In this document: piece after piece, positions 14,598 to 28,216 of the stretch
How the letters are laid out: each line of letters starts with the position of its first letter
Numbering within the stretch: the stretch's first letter is position 1
Assembly (NCBI GenBank): GCA_951406725.2
Contig: OX597831.1
Location: 32,488,001-32,552,000 of the forward strand
DNA length: 64,000 bases
From: Octopus vulgaris
Taxonomy: Eukaryota
Direction: 5' to 3'
Position numbers and translations under genes: made by a program
The notes under the pieces: model-generated
Seen by the model: only the letters and a program-made list of their open reading frames with translations
Databases searched by the model: none
What the model was told of the DNA's origin: nothing

Positions 14598-14731
14598 ATT
14601 CCAGCCTCTCATAGTGAAAGAATGCATTCGCAGTGTTTTGATGGACAATCTTGCTCATAAGGAATACAGTTCAGAGACAATGGCTGAGGACACAAAAGTT
14701 TTGGTGGAATTGATTCGAAAGAAAATTAAAG
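14598..14731 (+). CDS. TCTEX1D2: Tctex1-domain dynein light chain (TCTEX1D2/DYNLT2B-like), internal coding exon (probably exon 2)
   Basis: Acceptor ttctgttctctAG, donor GTGAGT at 14732; 134 nt, phase 2 in and phase 1 out. Encodes FQPLIVKECIRSVLMDNLAHKEYSSETMAEDTKVLVELIRKKIK, resembling the FRPxVVKDCI...EY...TKxL...IK segment of TCTEX1D2. Confidence 0.9.
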
Positions 14732-15571
14732 GTGAGTCATTTATAGAAGGGAATTGTTTGACTGCGAGTTGTAGAGTTGAAAGTTCATATCATAGTCACC
14801 ATTGCAAAGGCTGTATCTTGTAGACATGACACTCAACCCTTTTGTTACCATATTTCTTTTGAAATACATACATTGCCTTCATTTCACTTCAGTTAATTTC
14901 AAAAATATTGAAGAATTTAGTAAAATAACTTTGTCATTGTTAATCTGGTGTTGGAAGGGCAGCAAATTGGCTGAATCATTAGAACATTGGACAAAATATT
15001 TTGCAATATTTCCTCCACCTGTCTCGTTATGTTCTGAGTTTAAATCTTGCCAGGTTCAACTTTACCTTTTATCCCTCTGGGGTTCATAAAATAAAGTACT
15101 AGTCAAGTTCTGGGATTAAGGATATCGACTATTTCTCCCCACCTTTCTCGTTCCTAAATCAGAAGCCATTAATCTGATTTTGGAAACATAATTTAACAAA
15201 GAATTTTGATGGAAGGTTTTTAATTCAAATCACTTTAAAACAAAAAGTTTGTATTGTAGAACCAAGGACAGTCTCAGGTAGTTTGAGGTCAAAAGAGGTC
15301 AATCTAATGTTACACAGTGCAGATGTCTCTTTCCTTTCTCTCAACCAAATATTTTATTTCACATCACCTCAGCCAATGTCTTACCTGACTCTAGAAACAG
15401 GTACCAAAAGATGTTCTGGGGAATGTTAACTTTCAATGCACTGGGACCCTATCCAGGGGAAGAATTATCTGTCAGCTATTAAAGATTCTTCTTTTGTTGA
15501 CTTACATCAGTAAGTGAAATCCCAAAGCCATGAGATAATGTCGGATTGATTCAAAGTAATTTGAATAAATA

Positions 15572-15932
15572 AACAAGAGCACTCAGGGAGTGCAAACCCC
15601 TGCCAAGGTAACATCAACGATTAGCCAGAGATGATTTTTAAAATGAGAATGTCTGAAATAAATTTGACTGCTCTCACAAACGAGAATACTAAAAATGAAC
15701 CCAACCGCTCTCAATAATTAAGTAAATAAACAGGAAAAATAATACAGAATCCTTGTCTGATACCAGATCACTCCCAAAATATAATCAGTTTGTGCCAGTC
15801 ACGAGGTCAAACATCCCTGAAAGTTTCATCTGAATCCATCCAGTGGTTCTTGAGATATCTTGTCCATGGACAAGCAAACAAACAAACAGGACCAAAAACA
15901 ATATCTCTGCCTTTGCTAAGGCAGAGGTAATA
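15572..15932. mobile_element. Non-autonomous Helitron/Helentron-like (HINE-type) repeat
   Basis: Subterminal hairpin ctctgcct-ttgcta-aggcagag preceded by (ACAA)n, an organisation typical of such elements. Family assignment is inference. Confidence 0.4.
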
Positions 15933-15954
15933 AATAAATAGATTCTGAATTTTA

Positions 15955-16400
15955 AAGGGTGTAATATAAGATCGTTAACGTCATTTAATAAATTATGTTA
16001 ATTCCAAGACTAATGTAAGTAATATATATGAGACTGTCTTGTTTACAATCTTTGATAGAAGGCTGTTAATGTCATGTAATGGTGTTATATGCAAGAATAA
16101 TTTCATATAAGGTTGTTCATATTATATAATAAATTATGTTAATTAATTGCAAGACTACTATAAGGCTATTAAAGTTATGTAAAAGTATTGCATATTAAAC
16201 CAGTTTCATATAAGTAATATATTTGTGTTGTTTACATGAGTGTAATACAAGTCTGTTATTGTTTTTTTTAGCAAATTATGTAAATTACAAGGCTACTTTA
16301 ATATAAGTAATATATTTGCACTGTTTACAAGATGGGTTTAATATAAATCTGTTAAAGTTATTTAGTAAGTTATGTTAATTACAAAACTACTTATTTCTTA
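15955..16400. repeat. Degenerate AT-rich minisatellite
   Basis: Recurring aaattatgttaatt.caagacta and taagtaatatat...tgtttaca units. Confidence 0.6.
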
Positions 16401-18010
16401 TACACAGACAGACAGACACACATACACACACACACACATACAGACGTGTGTGTGTGTGTGAGAGAGAGAGTAAATTATAATGGGGAGTTGATTAAAAAGG
16501 AGATGGGTATACAGAAAAAAAAAAAACAAGATTAAGAAGCACTGCTCTACATTAATTCCTAACCTAATCCTTCATCTAATCTCTAGCCTAATCCCTGGGG
16601 CTAACAACCGTTGGCCTAGTTCCTGAAATGTTTTATTTATTTCCTTTATGAGTTGCTCCAAGAAGAAAGGGCAATACCACTGATATTTCATGGGTTCCTT
16701 AAGGCTGGTGGGTTGCGGGAAAGTGAGGGGGTCATCCCATGAATAAGGACCTAGTTTAAGTGCTGGCAACACTGGAATCTGTTAAAGGAAACCCAAGGGG
16801 ACATTGATGGTGGTGGTGGTAGGGTGTTAAAGCAGGTGACAGATTGAGTTTACACTCAGTAGTAATAATAATAATAATAATAATAATAATCTTTTCTAAT
16901 AAAGGCACAAGGCCTGAAATTTGTGGTGGTGTGTGGGGGGGGGCTAGTTGATGACATTGACCACAGTGTTTCACTGGTACTTAATTTATCAACCCCGACA
17001 GGATGTAAGACAAAGTCAACCTTGGCAGAATTTGAAATCAGAACCTAGTGACAGGCAAAATGCTTAGCATTTTGCCCGGTGTGCTAACAATTCTACCAGC
17101 TCACCACCTTAATAATAATAATAATAATCCCTTCTACTATAGGTACAAGGCCTGAAATTTAGGGGAGGGGAATAGTCGATTACAAAAGAGACCGATAGAA
17201 TAAGTACTCGGCTTACAAAGAATAAGTCCTGGGGTCGATTTGCTCAACTAAAGGCGGTGCTCCAGCAAGGCCACAGTCAAATGACTGAAACAAGTAAAGA
17301 GTTATCATCATCATCATTTAACATCCATTGTCCATGCTGGCATGAAATGGATGGTTTGACTGCACCAGATTCCAACCTGATTTGGCAAGGTTTCTAAAGC
17401 TGGATGCCCTTCTTAAGCATAGCATATTGTCAAAGGTCTCGGTCATTTGTCATTGCCTGCATGAGGCCCAATGCTTGAAAGGTGCTTTTCACGTGCCATC
17501 GGCATGGCTGCTTGTTCCACGATACCAGCATCAGCCACATTGCCGCCATGAGGCCTAATGCTCGAAAGGTGCTTTTTATGTGCCACCGGCATGGGTACCT
17601 GTTTACATGACACCGACAATGGCCACAACTATGATTATATATACCTATATATATATATATATATATACTTACTTGTTTCAGTCGTTTAACTGCGACCATG
17701 CTGGAGCAATGCCTTTAGTCGAGCAAATCGACGCCAGGACTTATTCTTTGTAAGCCTAGTACTTATTCTATCGGTCTCTTTTGCCGAACTGCTAGATTGC
17801 AGGAACATAAACACACCACCATTGGTTGTCAAGCATATACACCCACACATACATATATACATATATACGATGGGGTTCTTTCAGTTTCCTTCTACCAAAT
17901 CCACTCACTTTGGTCAGCCTGAGGCTATAGTAGAAGGTGCCATGCAGTGGGACTGAACTCAGAACCATCTGGTTGCTAAGCAAGCTACTTACCACACAGC
18001 CACTCCTGTG

Positions 18011-18046
<36 letters not shown>

Positions 18047-18347
18047 ATGAATACTTTGGAAACAAAAGAGTTTAATCTACAATTACATATATTTATATAA
18101 GTGTGTGTGTGTGTGAAATTGATAAAACAAATACAATTTATGATAAAAATTTAGTTTCATTTTGATTAAAATAACACCAACTTTGGATCAAAACCTGTCA
18201 CTACAGTTCACCTACATTTAGCATCTCTGACTGTTACTCACTCCCACTCCATTTGTTGTTTTAGTTTCCCTCTACCAGCATGACTGAAATGAAGCACATT
18301 GTGTATTATTATGTGTAAGATATGTATGTATAAATTCTCTGTTTCAG

Positions 18348-18417
18348 ATTTAGCCTATGATCGATACAAAATCATTGTACAAGTTCATATTGGAGAATAC
18401 AGAGGTCAAGGTATCAA
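18348..18417 (+). CDS. TCTEX1D2: TCTEX1D2-like coding exon
   Basis: Acceptor ctgtttcAG, donor GTGAGT; 70 nt, phase-compatible. Encodes (D)LAYDRYKIIVQVHIGEYRGQGI(K), the hallmark DRYKxxVQVxIGExRGxG of Tctex domains. Confidence 0.93.
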
Positions 18418-18526
18418 GTGAGTACATCTCTTTGATTTGTTATTATTATTATTATAAAATGATAATAATAATATTATTATAAAATAATAATAAAAGAATT
18501 TGAATAATACCTGTGTTTAACTCCAT

Positions 18527-18582
<56 letters not shown>

Positions 18583-18720
18583 ATATATATATATATATAA
18601 ACATACACACAGACATACATATACTTATGTATATATGTATATATTTACATGTGACCTCGTGTGTACCGTTGGCGGTTTTTTTCCTCTGTCTTCCCTCTTT
18701 GGGATCTTTCCTTCTCCTTT

Positions 18721-18755
18721 GTTTCCGACGAAGAGCTCCGCTTGAAACGTTAAAC
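18721..18755 (+). ncRNA. Variant minimal hammerhead motif (CCGACGA core)
   Basis: Stem I GUUU/AAAC; core CCGACGA with one extra A; stem II GAGC-UCC-GCUU; GAAA; palindromic ACGU; GUU triplet. Confidence 0.55.
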
Positions 18756-19329
18756 CCTCCTTCTTCCCTTCTTTCCTGAGCATCCAATAATACTATATTT
18801 GTTCCACGTCCTCACGTTGTTGTGTTTTTTTGTGCTTTCTTGTTTGGATTAACTATATATATAGTTGGAATTTACAAAAAATGAAACAAAACAAAATATA
18901 TATGTGTGTATATTTGTATGTATGTATTCATATATATATATCATCATCATCATTATCATCCTTGTTTAACGTTCCTCTTCCATGCATACATGTGTAGGAT
19001 GGTTGACAGCCAGCCAGGTAGAGAAACTACCCTCGGCTATACTGAGTCTGTTTTGGCAGGGATTTTGCAGCCGGATGCCCTTCCTCACACCAACCACTCC
19101 ACACATTGTGAGTAAGGCCATTGCTTACAATCAGCAAGGGACAAGTGCTTTTCACTCTCTGATTTTAAACAATGTTTGTGCTAATGGTGTTGTGTGCTTG
19201 TAGTAGTCCTCAACAAAAGCCTGTCCTGGTTTCTTGACAAATGTAATTACACCCACAAATGCTCACTCACAGATTTAAACAGCTAAAACTCTTTTTTCTC
19301 TTCTATTTTCTGTTTTTCTTTTTTTATAG

Positions 19330-19393
19330 GATAGCAAGCCGGAAGTTCTGGGATGCTGACACAGACAACTTTGCTGTGGATGTTTATACAAAT
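19330..19393 (+). CDS. TCTEX1D2: TCTEX1D2-like coding exon
   Basis: Long polypyrimidine tract plus tatAG, donor GTAAGT; 64 nt. Encodes IASRKFWDADTDNFAVDVYTN (ASRxFWDADTDN motif). Confidence 0.93.
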
Positions 19394-19624
19394 GTAAGTA
19401 TGTGTGTATGCATATATTTATTTCTTTATGGCTCACAGGAGGCTAAACATAGAGGGGACAAACAAGGACAGACAAAAGGATTAAGTCGACAACATCGACC
19501 TCAGTGCGTAACTGGTACTTATTTAATCGCCCCCAAAAGGATGGAAGGCAAAGGCAACCTCGGTGGAATTTGAACTCAGAATGTAACAGCAGACGAAATA
19601 CCACTAAGCATTTCGCCTGACGCG

Positions 19625-20330
19625 TGTTTTGAAGAATCCGGGATCACGTGTGATAAAAGGTTGAGTATGAAAGCGAAAAGAGATGTGTATGAGGGTGTGA
19701 TTGTGCTGAAAATGTTATATGGTGCAGAGACTGGGGGGGGGGGGGGGGCTGAGAGAGGTGGAAAGGAGGCAACTAGATATGTTTGAGATGAGATGTCTGA
19801 GGGCTATGGTTGGTGTGACACGGATGGACAGGATGAGGAATGAAGAGGTGCGAAGGCGAGCAGGAATGAAAGAAAAACTAACAACCAAATTGGATAGATG
19901 AATGTTGAGGTGGTTTGGTCACATGGAGAGGATGGATGAGGAGCAGATGTTAAAGAGGGTGATGAAGGCTGAAGTGGTAGGCGGCAGAACCAGAGGCAGA
20001 CTTTGGTTTGTGTGGATGGATGGAGTGAGGAAAACTTTGGTGGTTAGAGGTGTTGGAATAAGTGAGGCAAGAAAATTTATAAATGATAGGAAAGCTTTGA
20101 GAGTATTTGTGGACAGATGAGTGTATTTGATGTTGCTCAAAGGGGTATGGAACCAGTATGATGCGGCAGGGGTAAACCAGCATGTGCTGTCGGGCCCCAC
20201 TACAGATATTGGAGGTTGTGTTCTATGCCTTGACCCGAGCATAGAACGGGGATTGCCCCTTTGAGCTGGGAAATGAATGGAATGCCTGGTGTGTGTCTTC
20301 CTGTGGCTACCCCCTCCTAAAAACAAAATG
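19625..20330 (+). mobile_element. Fragment of a second RTE-like LINE family in a TCTEX1D2 intron
   Basis: LYGAE, FEMRCLRAMVGVTRMDRMRNEEVRRR, LRWFGHMERM and GRTRGR motifs; frameshifted. Confidence 0.85.
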
Positions 20331-20585
20331 GGGAACAGGCCTGAGTATATACATATGTATATGTGTGTGCATGTAATATGTGTGTGTATACATTGCTGAT
20401 GTACATCAGCCATGGATATTAACATAATCGAGAAAAACAAAAACCAATCCTTTACGAATGAGGTCTCTTGAGATATTTGTTCCACCCCTTGTAACAGATG
20501 TTTCCTTGCCACTGATTGGCTCTTTTGGAAAAAAGATGTTTGTGAAAAATGCATATTTTTTTTGTTTTCTCCTCATCTCTTTCAG

Positions 20586-20633
20586 AATTCCCTGTTCTGT
20601 GTAGCAATGGTTTGTGGTGTTTATTATTACTGA
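20586..20633 (+). CDS. TCTEX1D2: TCTEX1D2-like terminal coding exon
   Basis: Acceptor ctctttcAG, phase 0. Encodes NSLFCVAMVCGVYYY-stop (TGA 20631-20633), matching the SLFCV...G.YY C-terminus of TCTEX1D2. Confidence 0.92.
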   Translation, partial: NSLFCVAMVCGVYYY

Positions 20634-20713
20634 TGGCACAACAACACTTCTTGTCATACACATTGGGTAAGTATATAATAACAATAACAACAATTGCAAT
20701 AATAATAATAATA

Positions 20714-20761
<48 letters not shown>

Positions 20762-21087
20762 CCACTACACATTCTTTATTTTCTCTCCTTGTTTCTTTCT
20801 GTGGAAGAGCGTAGGCTCAAAACATTAAAGACATTTATTCACTTTCCAAGCATTAAACTAATACATCTGTTTGTTGTCCACACCACCTGTCTTCGTCTTT
20901 TGTTTTTTTGCGAATTCTCCTATATACTCTAAAATGGGCTGGTTATGCTGCACTAGCATAGGCCACGGTTACGGTCTCACTTGGCTTGTCAGCTCTTTTC
21001 AAGCACAGCATATCTCCAAAGGTCTCAGTCACTTGTCATCACCTTGGTGAGACCCAACGTTGTAATAATAATAATAATAATAACAAT

Positions 21088-21129
<42 letters not shown>

Positions 21130-22127
21130 CATCATCATCATCATCATCATTTAGCGTCCGTTTTCCATGCTAGCATGGGTTGGACGGTTCTGCTGGGGTC
21201 TGTGAAGCCAGAAGGCTTCATCAGGCCCAGTCTTGATCTGGCAGAGTTTCTACTGCTGGATGCCCTTCCTAACACCAACCACTCTGGGAGTGTAATGGGT
21301 GCTTTTTACGTGCCACCCGCAATAATAATAATAATAATAATCATCATCGTTTAATGTCTGCTTTCCATGCTAGCATGGTTTGGACGATTTGACTGAGGAC
21401 TTGCGAGCCAGATGGCTGAACCAGGCTCCAGTCTTGATCTGGCAGAGTTTCTACTGCTGGATGCCCTTCCTAACACCAACCACTCTGGGAGTGTAATGGG
21501 TGCTTTTACGTGCCTCTGGCATGGGGGCCAGTCAGGCAGTACTAGCAATGACCATGCTCAAATGGTGTTTTTTATATACCACCTGCTCAGGAGCCAGTCC
21601 AGCGGCACTGGCAACGACCTCGCTCAAATGATGTTTTTCATGTGCCACCAGCACGGAAGCCAGTAAGGTGATGCTGGTAATGATCATGCTCAAATGGTGC
21701 TTTTTACCTGCCACTGGCACGGAAGCCAGTTAGCCGCTCTGGCAACGATCACGCTCGGATGGTGCTCTTAGCGCTCCACTAGCAATGATGCCAGTCATCG
21801 ATAATAATAATAATAACAACATTTTTTCTAATTTTGGCACAGAGCCAGCAGTTTTTAGGAGAGGGTTAGTTGATATCAAGCCCAGTGTTCAGCTGATACC
21901 TATTTGTCTCCAAAAATAAGAACGGCTAAGTCAATCCTGGTAGAATTTAAACTCAGAATGTAAAGTGCCTGAAGAAATACCACAAGATATTTTTTGCCTG
22001 ACATGCTAATGATTCTAACATCCATGTTGCCCTAATTACATGATTAATAATTGTTTTTTTTTATTTTCAAGTCGCACACTCACGCATACGTTATATTTAA
22101 TCTTGTTTTACATTTTATCTTTTTCAG

Positions 22128-22730
22128 GATGGAATATCTTCCTTTCTCATGTCTCTTTCTAACGAGACTTTCTTTGACACCGCTCCCCTTTCCTTCTCCA
22201 TCCCACCAGTGCCTTACCAAAATTGTTCACGATGACGACCACGACAACATCAAAGGATCAGACTGTACCAAGTCCATCGGTCAACTTGGGAAACACGAAC
22301 GTCTCTGGAGTTCCTTAAGATGAGAAGCCATCCTAACGACTGAAGTAACACCACCACCACCACCAACAACAACAACTACTGCTATCACTGCCACCACCAC
22401 CACCATCACTACTTCCTCCTTGTGTCATCTGGACCTTCAAGCATTGTTGAAACCATTGTGTCGCTCGTACCCCCCTCACCACCACCCTTTCATGGTGCTC
22501 CTCCCACTACACCTCTTCTGGTGAATAGTCATGTTTACTGCTGTTTAATCATTCCCACCTCCTCCTTCTCCCCTTCTTCCTCCCTTGAGCCTGCATCCAA
22601 CAACCACCTCCACCACTACCACCACCACCATTGCTATCACCTTCATCTGTTATTGACTTCCTTCAAGGAAATGAAGTAATAAAAATAATAATAACCATAA
22701 TAATAATAAAATGTAAATAATAAAAAGAAA
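22128..22730 (+). other. Putative 3' UTR exon of the TCTEX1D2-like gene
   Basis: Donor GG|GTAAGT at 20667, 33 nt after the stop. Strong acceptor cattttatctttttcAG ending at 22127; non-repetitive sequence followed by clustered AATAAA at about 22678-22725. Confidence 0.5.
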
Positions 22731-23819
22731 TTGTTTGGATTGGAGTTAATTTAACATCAAACTGAATTCTGGGTAAATGGTTGTGTTCTTGGAATTTTGG
22801 ATGTCAAGCAATCCCCTTTCTGTCTTTCTCTCTCTTTAGATGTGGCACTGGGTAGAACTCTGAGGCATGCGATGATGAAGGGTTAACAGAAGTATGGTCA
22901 TGTCTAGGTGGGTTTATGAAGTTTACTGTGGAAGAAGGAAGAATTCCTGTATTTGGGTGTTAGCTTACTTAATTTGTCTGTGGGTGGAGGCATGGTTGGA
23001 AGGTTAAGAAGTTAATTTTGCACTCATGAGATCTTGGGTTCAGTTGCACTGTGTGGCATATCTTAGGATATCGGTGTCAAGCCACTAATTGATAGGGACG
23101 CAAACAAACCAACAGTTTCCAAGCAGTGGGAAGGGGACAAATACTGTACAAACACACATGTCTGTCACAGCAGAGTTGATACTGGTGCTGGTGCCATGTG
23201 AAAAGCACCCAGTACACTCTGTGGAGTGGTTGGCATTAGGAAGGGCATCCATCTGTAGAAACATTGCCAGAACAGATAATGGAGCATGGTGTGGCCCCTG
23301 GCCTTAACAGCTCCATTAAAACCGTCCAACCCATACCAGCATGGAAAATGGTTGTTAATGAGGATATACTCCCAAATGTTAGGCTTCCCCACAGTTTGTT
23401 TGTTTACCAAATTCACTCGTAAGGCATTAGCTGACCTGGGGCTGTAGTAGAAGACATTTGCCCAAGGTGTTGTGCTGTGGTACTGAACCCCAAACCTTGT
23501 GGTTTGAAAAGTGAGTTTCTTAACCACCAAGCCACAAAGTCCAGCCATGTCATGCTGATTCCATCTGACATTTACATTAGGAGTACATGAGACTGTGGAG
23601 TACACAGCCACTTGAAGTTTTATGCAATGAGCAGTGGCGGCAAATGGCATAGTGGTTAGGGTGTTGGACTGATGATTGTAAGATTGTAGTTTCGATTCCT
23701 GGCCTGGGCAATGCCTTGTGTTCTTGAGCAACACACTTCACATTCCTCCAGTCCACTCAGCTGGCAAAATGTGTTTTCCTGCGATGGATTGGCATCCCAT
23801 CCAGTGGGGTAATATCTTA

Positions 23820-24035
23820 CTTACTTACTTGTACTTGTGGCGACATTCACCCTGGGCAGGTTGAGTCGGCTTCTTCTACCACCCTCGAGGCTTCTCGAAA
23901 CCATGGCAGCCCACGCACAACGGTCCTGCACCAGTTCACTGGAGATAGCAAGCCAGTCACGGTTCCATCGGTGCAGGCCGACCACCTGCGGTCCTGTGAG
24001 CACGGAGAGGTCCTCCTTGATCGTCATAACCCAGT
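23820..24035 (-). mobile_element. LINE 3' end fragment (third family)
   Basis: Minus-strand TIKEDL...ELVQDRCAWAAMV (AQDRxxW-like C-terminus) ending in a (GTAA)n-type tail. Confidence 0.55.
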
Positions 24036-24312
24036 AGAAAGGGGTAATATTTACGCCAGAGAATCTGAGAAATCGGCCTCTATGAGTCTATGACTCAGGA
24101 AGGAGCTTTATCCTTTTAATAAACGGGTCGTCCACTTGATTGAACAACTGAGTCTCATCATTGAAACCAACAGAAGTTCATTTACATAATTAATCTTTAG
24201 TGATCAGATCTTTCTGCATGTGTTAATAAACAGAATTACAATCTGGTGTCGAGTTGATACAGATCAAATGAACCCAAAATCTGGGATTTAAACAGGAAAA
24301 ATATTTACTCTG

Positions 24313-24546
24313 GAATGGTTGTCTACTGTCAATCTAACACGAACGTGACAGTAGCCCTAGGAAGCATCGACGCCTCCTGATGGCTTTGACACATTTTTCC
24401 TGTGTTCTTATATACATTTACGAAGGGGAGACAAATACCCCCAGCCGCCAGTGCTGCATCTAGGGACACGTGCTTCAGGATGATTGTCCTTCGTCGGCCT
24501 AGAATAGCAGACACGTTCGTGTTAGATTGACAGTAGACAACCATTC
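24313..24546. mobile_element. MITE with 35-bp perfect terminal inverted repeats
   Basis: GAATGGTTGTCTACTGTCAATCTAACACGAACGTG at the left end and its reverse complement at the right end, followed by TA. Confidence 0.8.
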
Positions 24547-25217
24547 TATCGCCCCACCACTGTACATGTCTCTACGAGAGATTTAGAAATTTAGTATTTC
24601 TAATATTTACTCTTACCGGTAACAACTAAATGTTGTTGTTACTACAAACGACAAAGAAAGATGTTTACACCAAAATAGTTTGAAGTTTATATGAGCTGTT
24701 GTTGGATCAGGTTTAATAGTAGTTCCTGTTGTGTTTCTTGGAGTCTGCTGGTTAAAGCATGTTTCTGCTGGTGTCTTCTTTGTCATCTACCACTGTCTGG
24801 TTGCTATGGAGAGCTCTCTGCTACTGTCTGCTCTAGATTCCACAGGCTAACAAAAATGTTCTGAATATATAATCTGTCTTTTTCAGAAAGATTAGATCCG
24901 GTTTTAGTAGAAATTGAAGTGGTTAAGTGGCTTGATGGTAACAGCATTATCTGAGTGAACTGCATTTGTGTTCTTTAGTTTTCTACCAAACACAGAGATC
25001 TGGGTTCAATTTCTAGGTGTTTTGGGACTACCAAAGATTCCTGCTACAAATCCATTATCTGATTTAACATTGCTACCAACTGGTTCTTGAGGGCCCTTTA
25101 GGGTCATGTTTTGTAACCCCTTTCAAATTGGTCATGAGCACTGGCCTTCTTTATTCGACAAAATAATTAATAAAACAATAACAATTAAATAAAACACAAG
25201 CTCACGGATGTGTGTGT

Positions 25218-26458
25218 ATCATCATCATCATCATCATCATCGTTTAACATCCATTTTCCGCACTAGCACGGGGCTGCACCAGGCTCCAGTCTGATCTGGC
25301 AGAGTTTCTACAGCTGGATGCCCTTCCTAACGCCAACCACTCCGCGAGTGTAGTGGGTGCTTTTTACGTGCCACCTGCACAGGTGCCAGGGGGGTCCGGC
25401 ATCGGCCATGATCGGTTGGTGCTTTTAACGTTCCACCGGCACGGAAGCCAGCCAAGGCGGCGCTGGCATCGGATGGTGCTTTTTATGTGCCACCGGCACT
25501 GGAGCGTCGAGGCAGCGCTGGCATCGGCCACGTTTGGATGGTGCTTTTTATGTGCCACCGGCACAGAAGCCAGTCAAGGCAGCGCTGGCAACGGCCACGT
25601 TCGGATGGTGCTTTTTATGTGCCACCGGCACAGGTATCACGTCTCCAATTTTCATTGATATTTATTTCGATGTTCATGTACTTGACTCAACAGGTCTCCT
25701 CAAGCACAGCGGGATGTTCCCGGAATCCAAGGTACTTTGAATGGGCAGGGGCTATGCGGAACTGGTGCAGGAAGCAGCCCGGGTCTTTTGCAGTCACAGC
25801 ATATCTCCAGAGATCTCGGTCCTTCACCATTGCCTCAGTGAGGCCCAACGCTCTGAGGTCATGCTTGACTACCTCATCCCATGTCTTCCTGGGTCTACCT
25901 CTCCCCCGATACCTTCAACTGTTTGGGAGTGGCACTTCTTCACACATCTCTCCTCATCCATCCGCAGTACATGACCATACCATCGCTCTTGCACACCACA
26001 TCTGATGCTTCTTATGTCCAGCATTTCTCTCAGGGTGCTTACACTCTGTCGTGCGTGCGTGCATACTGACATTACACATCCAGCGGATCATGCTAGCTTC
26101 ATTCCTTTCAAGTCTACGCATGTCCTCTGCAGTCACAGCCCATGTTGCACTACCGTGAAACATAGCAGTTTGCACACATGCGTCATACAATCTACCTTTC
26201 ACTTTGAGCGAGAGACCCTTTGTCGTCAGTAGGGGTAGGAGCTTTCTGAACTTTGCCCAGGCTATTCGTATTCTAGTGGTGACACTGTCTGAGCATCCAC
26301 CTCCACTACTAACTTGGTCAGCCAGGTAGCGGAAACTATCAACTACTTCTAGTTTCTTCCCCTGGAGTGTGATGGTATCTGTTTTCTGAGTATTTGTGGT
26401 GTCTATTGTCCCTGTGCATCTGCCACACATGAAAGCTATCTTATCAGTTAATTTCCCA
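25218..26458 (-). mobile_element. RTE LINE 3' fragment
   Basis: ORF 26430-25954 (FRYLADQ, RIAWAKFRKLLPLL, MFHGSATW); same 3' UTR repeats and (GAT)n tail as the other copies. Confidence 0.9.
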
Positions 26459-26779
26459 CCAAAATAATTATTTAAACTTTTGGCACAAGGCCAGCAATTT
26501 TAAGGGGAAGGGACTAGTTGATACTGCCAGTTCCTTATTTAACCCTTTAGCATTCAAAATAATATGTCAAATGTATGGATCTTTGATTCTCATTCTTTTG
26601 AATTAATCATACATTATCTTGCAGCTTCAAGATTTCGATGTGATTGTTTATTTTTAGAATGACATTGTATGATAGGTGTGACAGACTGGATCTGGCCAGT
26701 TTAAATGCTACAGGAATAGAAAACAGGTAAAATTAGCAATACGAAGGCTGTCCATCTTTAAAATAATGCCTTAATAATG

Positions 26780-27400
26780 GTTTCCAGTTTTGGCACCAGT
26801 CCAGCAAGGTTAGGGAAGGGAGTAAGTCGATTAGATCGACCCCAATGTTAAACTGGTATTTATTTTATCAACCCTGAAACGATGAAAGGCAAAGTTGACC
26901 TTGGTGGTTTTTGAACCTAGAATGTAAAGGCAAACAAAATACCACTGAGCATTTTGCCCTGCATGCTAAGGACTCTCCCAGCTCCCCGCCTTAATAATCC
27001 TTTCTACTGAAGTCACAAGGCCTCAAATTTGGGGAGAAGGGGCGAGTTGATTACATCGACCCCAGTGCATAACTGGTACTTATTTCATTGATTCCGAAAT
27101 GATGAAAGGCAAAGTCGACCTTGGTGGAATTTGAACTCAGAACATAGCGGCAGACGAGATACCTATTTCTTTACTACCTACAAGGGGCTAAACACAGAGA
27201 GGACAAACAGGGACAGACAAACGAATTAAGTTGATTATATTGACCCCAGTGCGTAACTGGTACTTATTTAATCGACTCCGAAAGGATGAAAGGCAAAGTC
27301 GACCTCGGCGGAATTTGAACTCAGAACGTAGCGGCAGACGAGATACCGCTAAGCATTTCACTTGGTGTGCTAACGATTCTACCAGCTTGCCACCTCAAAC
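26780..27400 (-). mobile_element. SINE family B, three tandem copies
   Basis: Repeated agctgg.agaatcgttagca head, gagttcaaattcc B-box and gcctttcatcctttcggggtcga..aataagtacc domain (Nin-like). Other copies at about 11875-12105(+), 16900-17190(-), 19430-19625(-), 34310-34770(-), 44230-44440(+). Confidence 0.85.
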
Positions 27401-28177
27401 AATGCCTTAATAATAAACATTTGTCCAACCCATGCCAGCATAGGAAAAAAACAAAAACCCACCTCAAAAACAAAGACATAAAACAAACGAGCAATATCAT
27501 TGGCTGAATTCCAGAGACCCAGTATTCAGCAATGTATTAGTGGCAATAAGTCCAGTGAGATATGGAAGTACAAAAATAATATAACACGTTAACTGTATAC
27601 TTTATTTGTTTCAAAGACGTCTCTTGGTGAGATGGAGACTGTCAGACATTGAATGTACAAAGGAATTGTTACGACTTAGTAACAAGCATCAACTCGTCAA
27701 GATTCAACGTGGTTCTGTGAAGGTTAAGGTCCAATAATCAGGTTTAACTCCTTCATGATGATGTCACTTAATTTGTAGACTTGCTGCTTGATGTTTTAAT
27801 TAATCTTCATTATAATCAAGATTTTGGAGGGTTTTAATAAAAACATCTGAAACTTGTATATTAGAGTTGACCAACGGATGTACGTTTGACTTGGCCATCT
27901 GATGCAAGTGTATATATATATATATACACACACACACATATTTTCAAATAGATTATATACACACACATCATAAATATATAGCTAGATATATAAATTATGT
28001 TACATTGGTGATGACCAACTTGTATGAATGTGTATATATATATATCCATATACACAAACGAGTGTATATATATAAATATATATATACACACACACACGAT
28101 TTGAGATTTAAACTTTATGTAGGCATATGTATATATAATATATAGATATACATGGATGATGACTGACCTTTGTAAGG

Positions 28178-28216
<39 letters not shown>

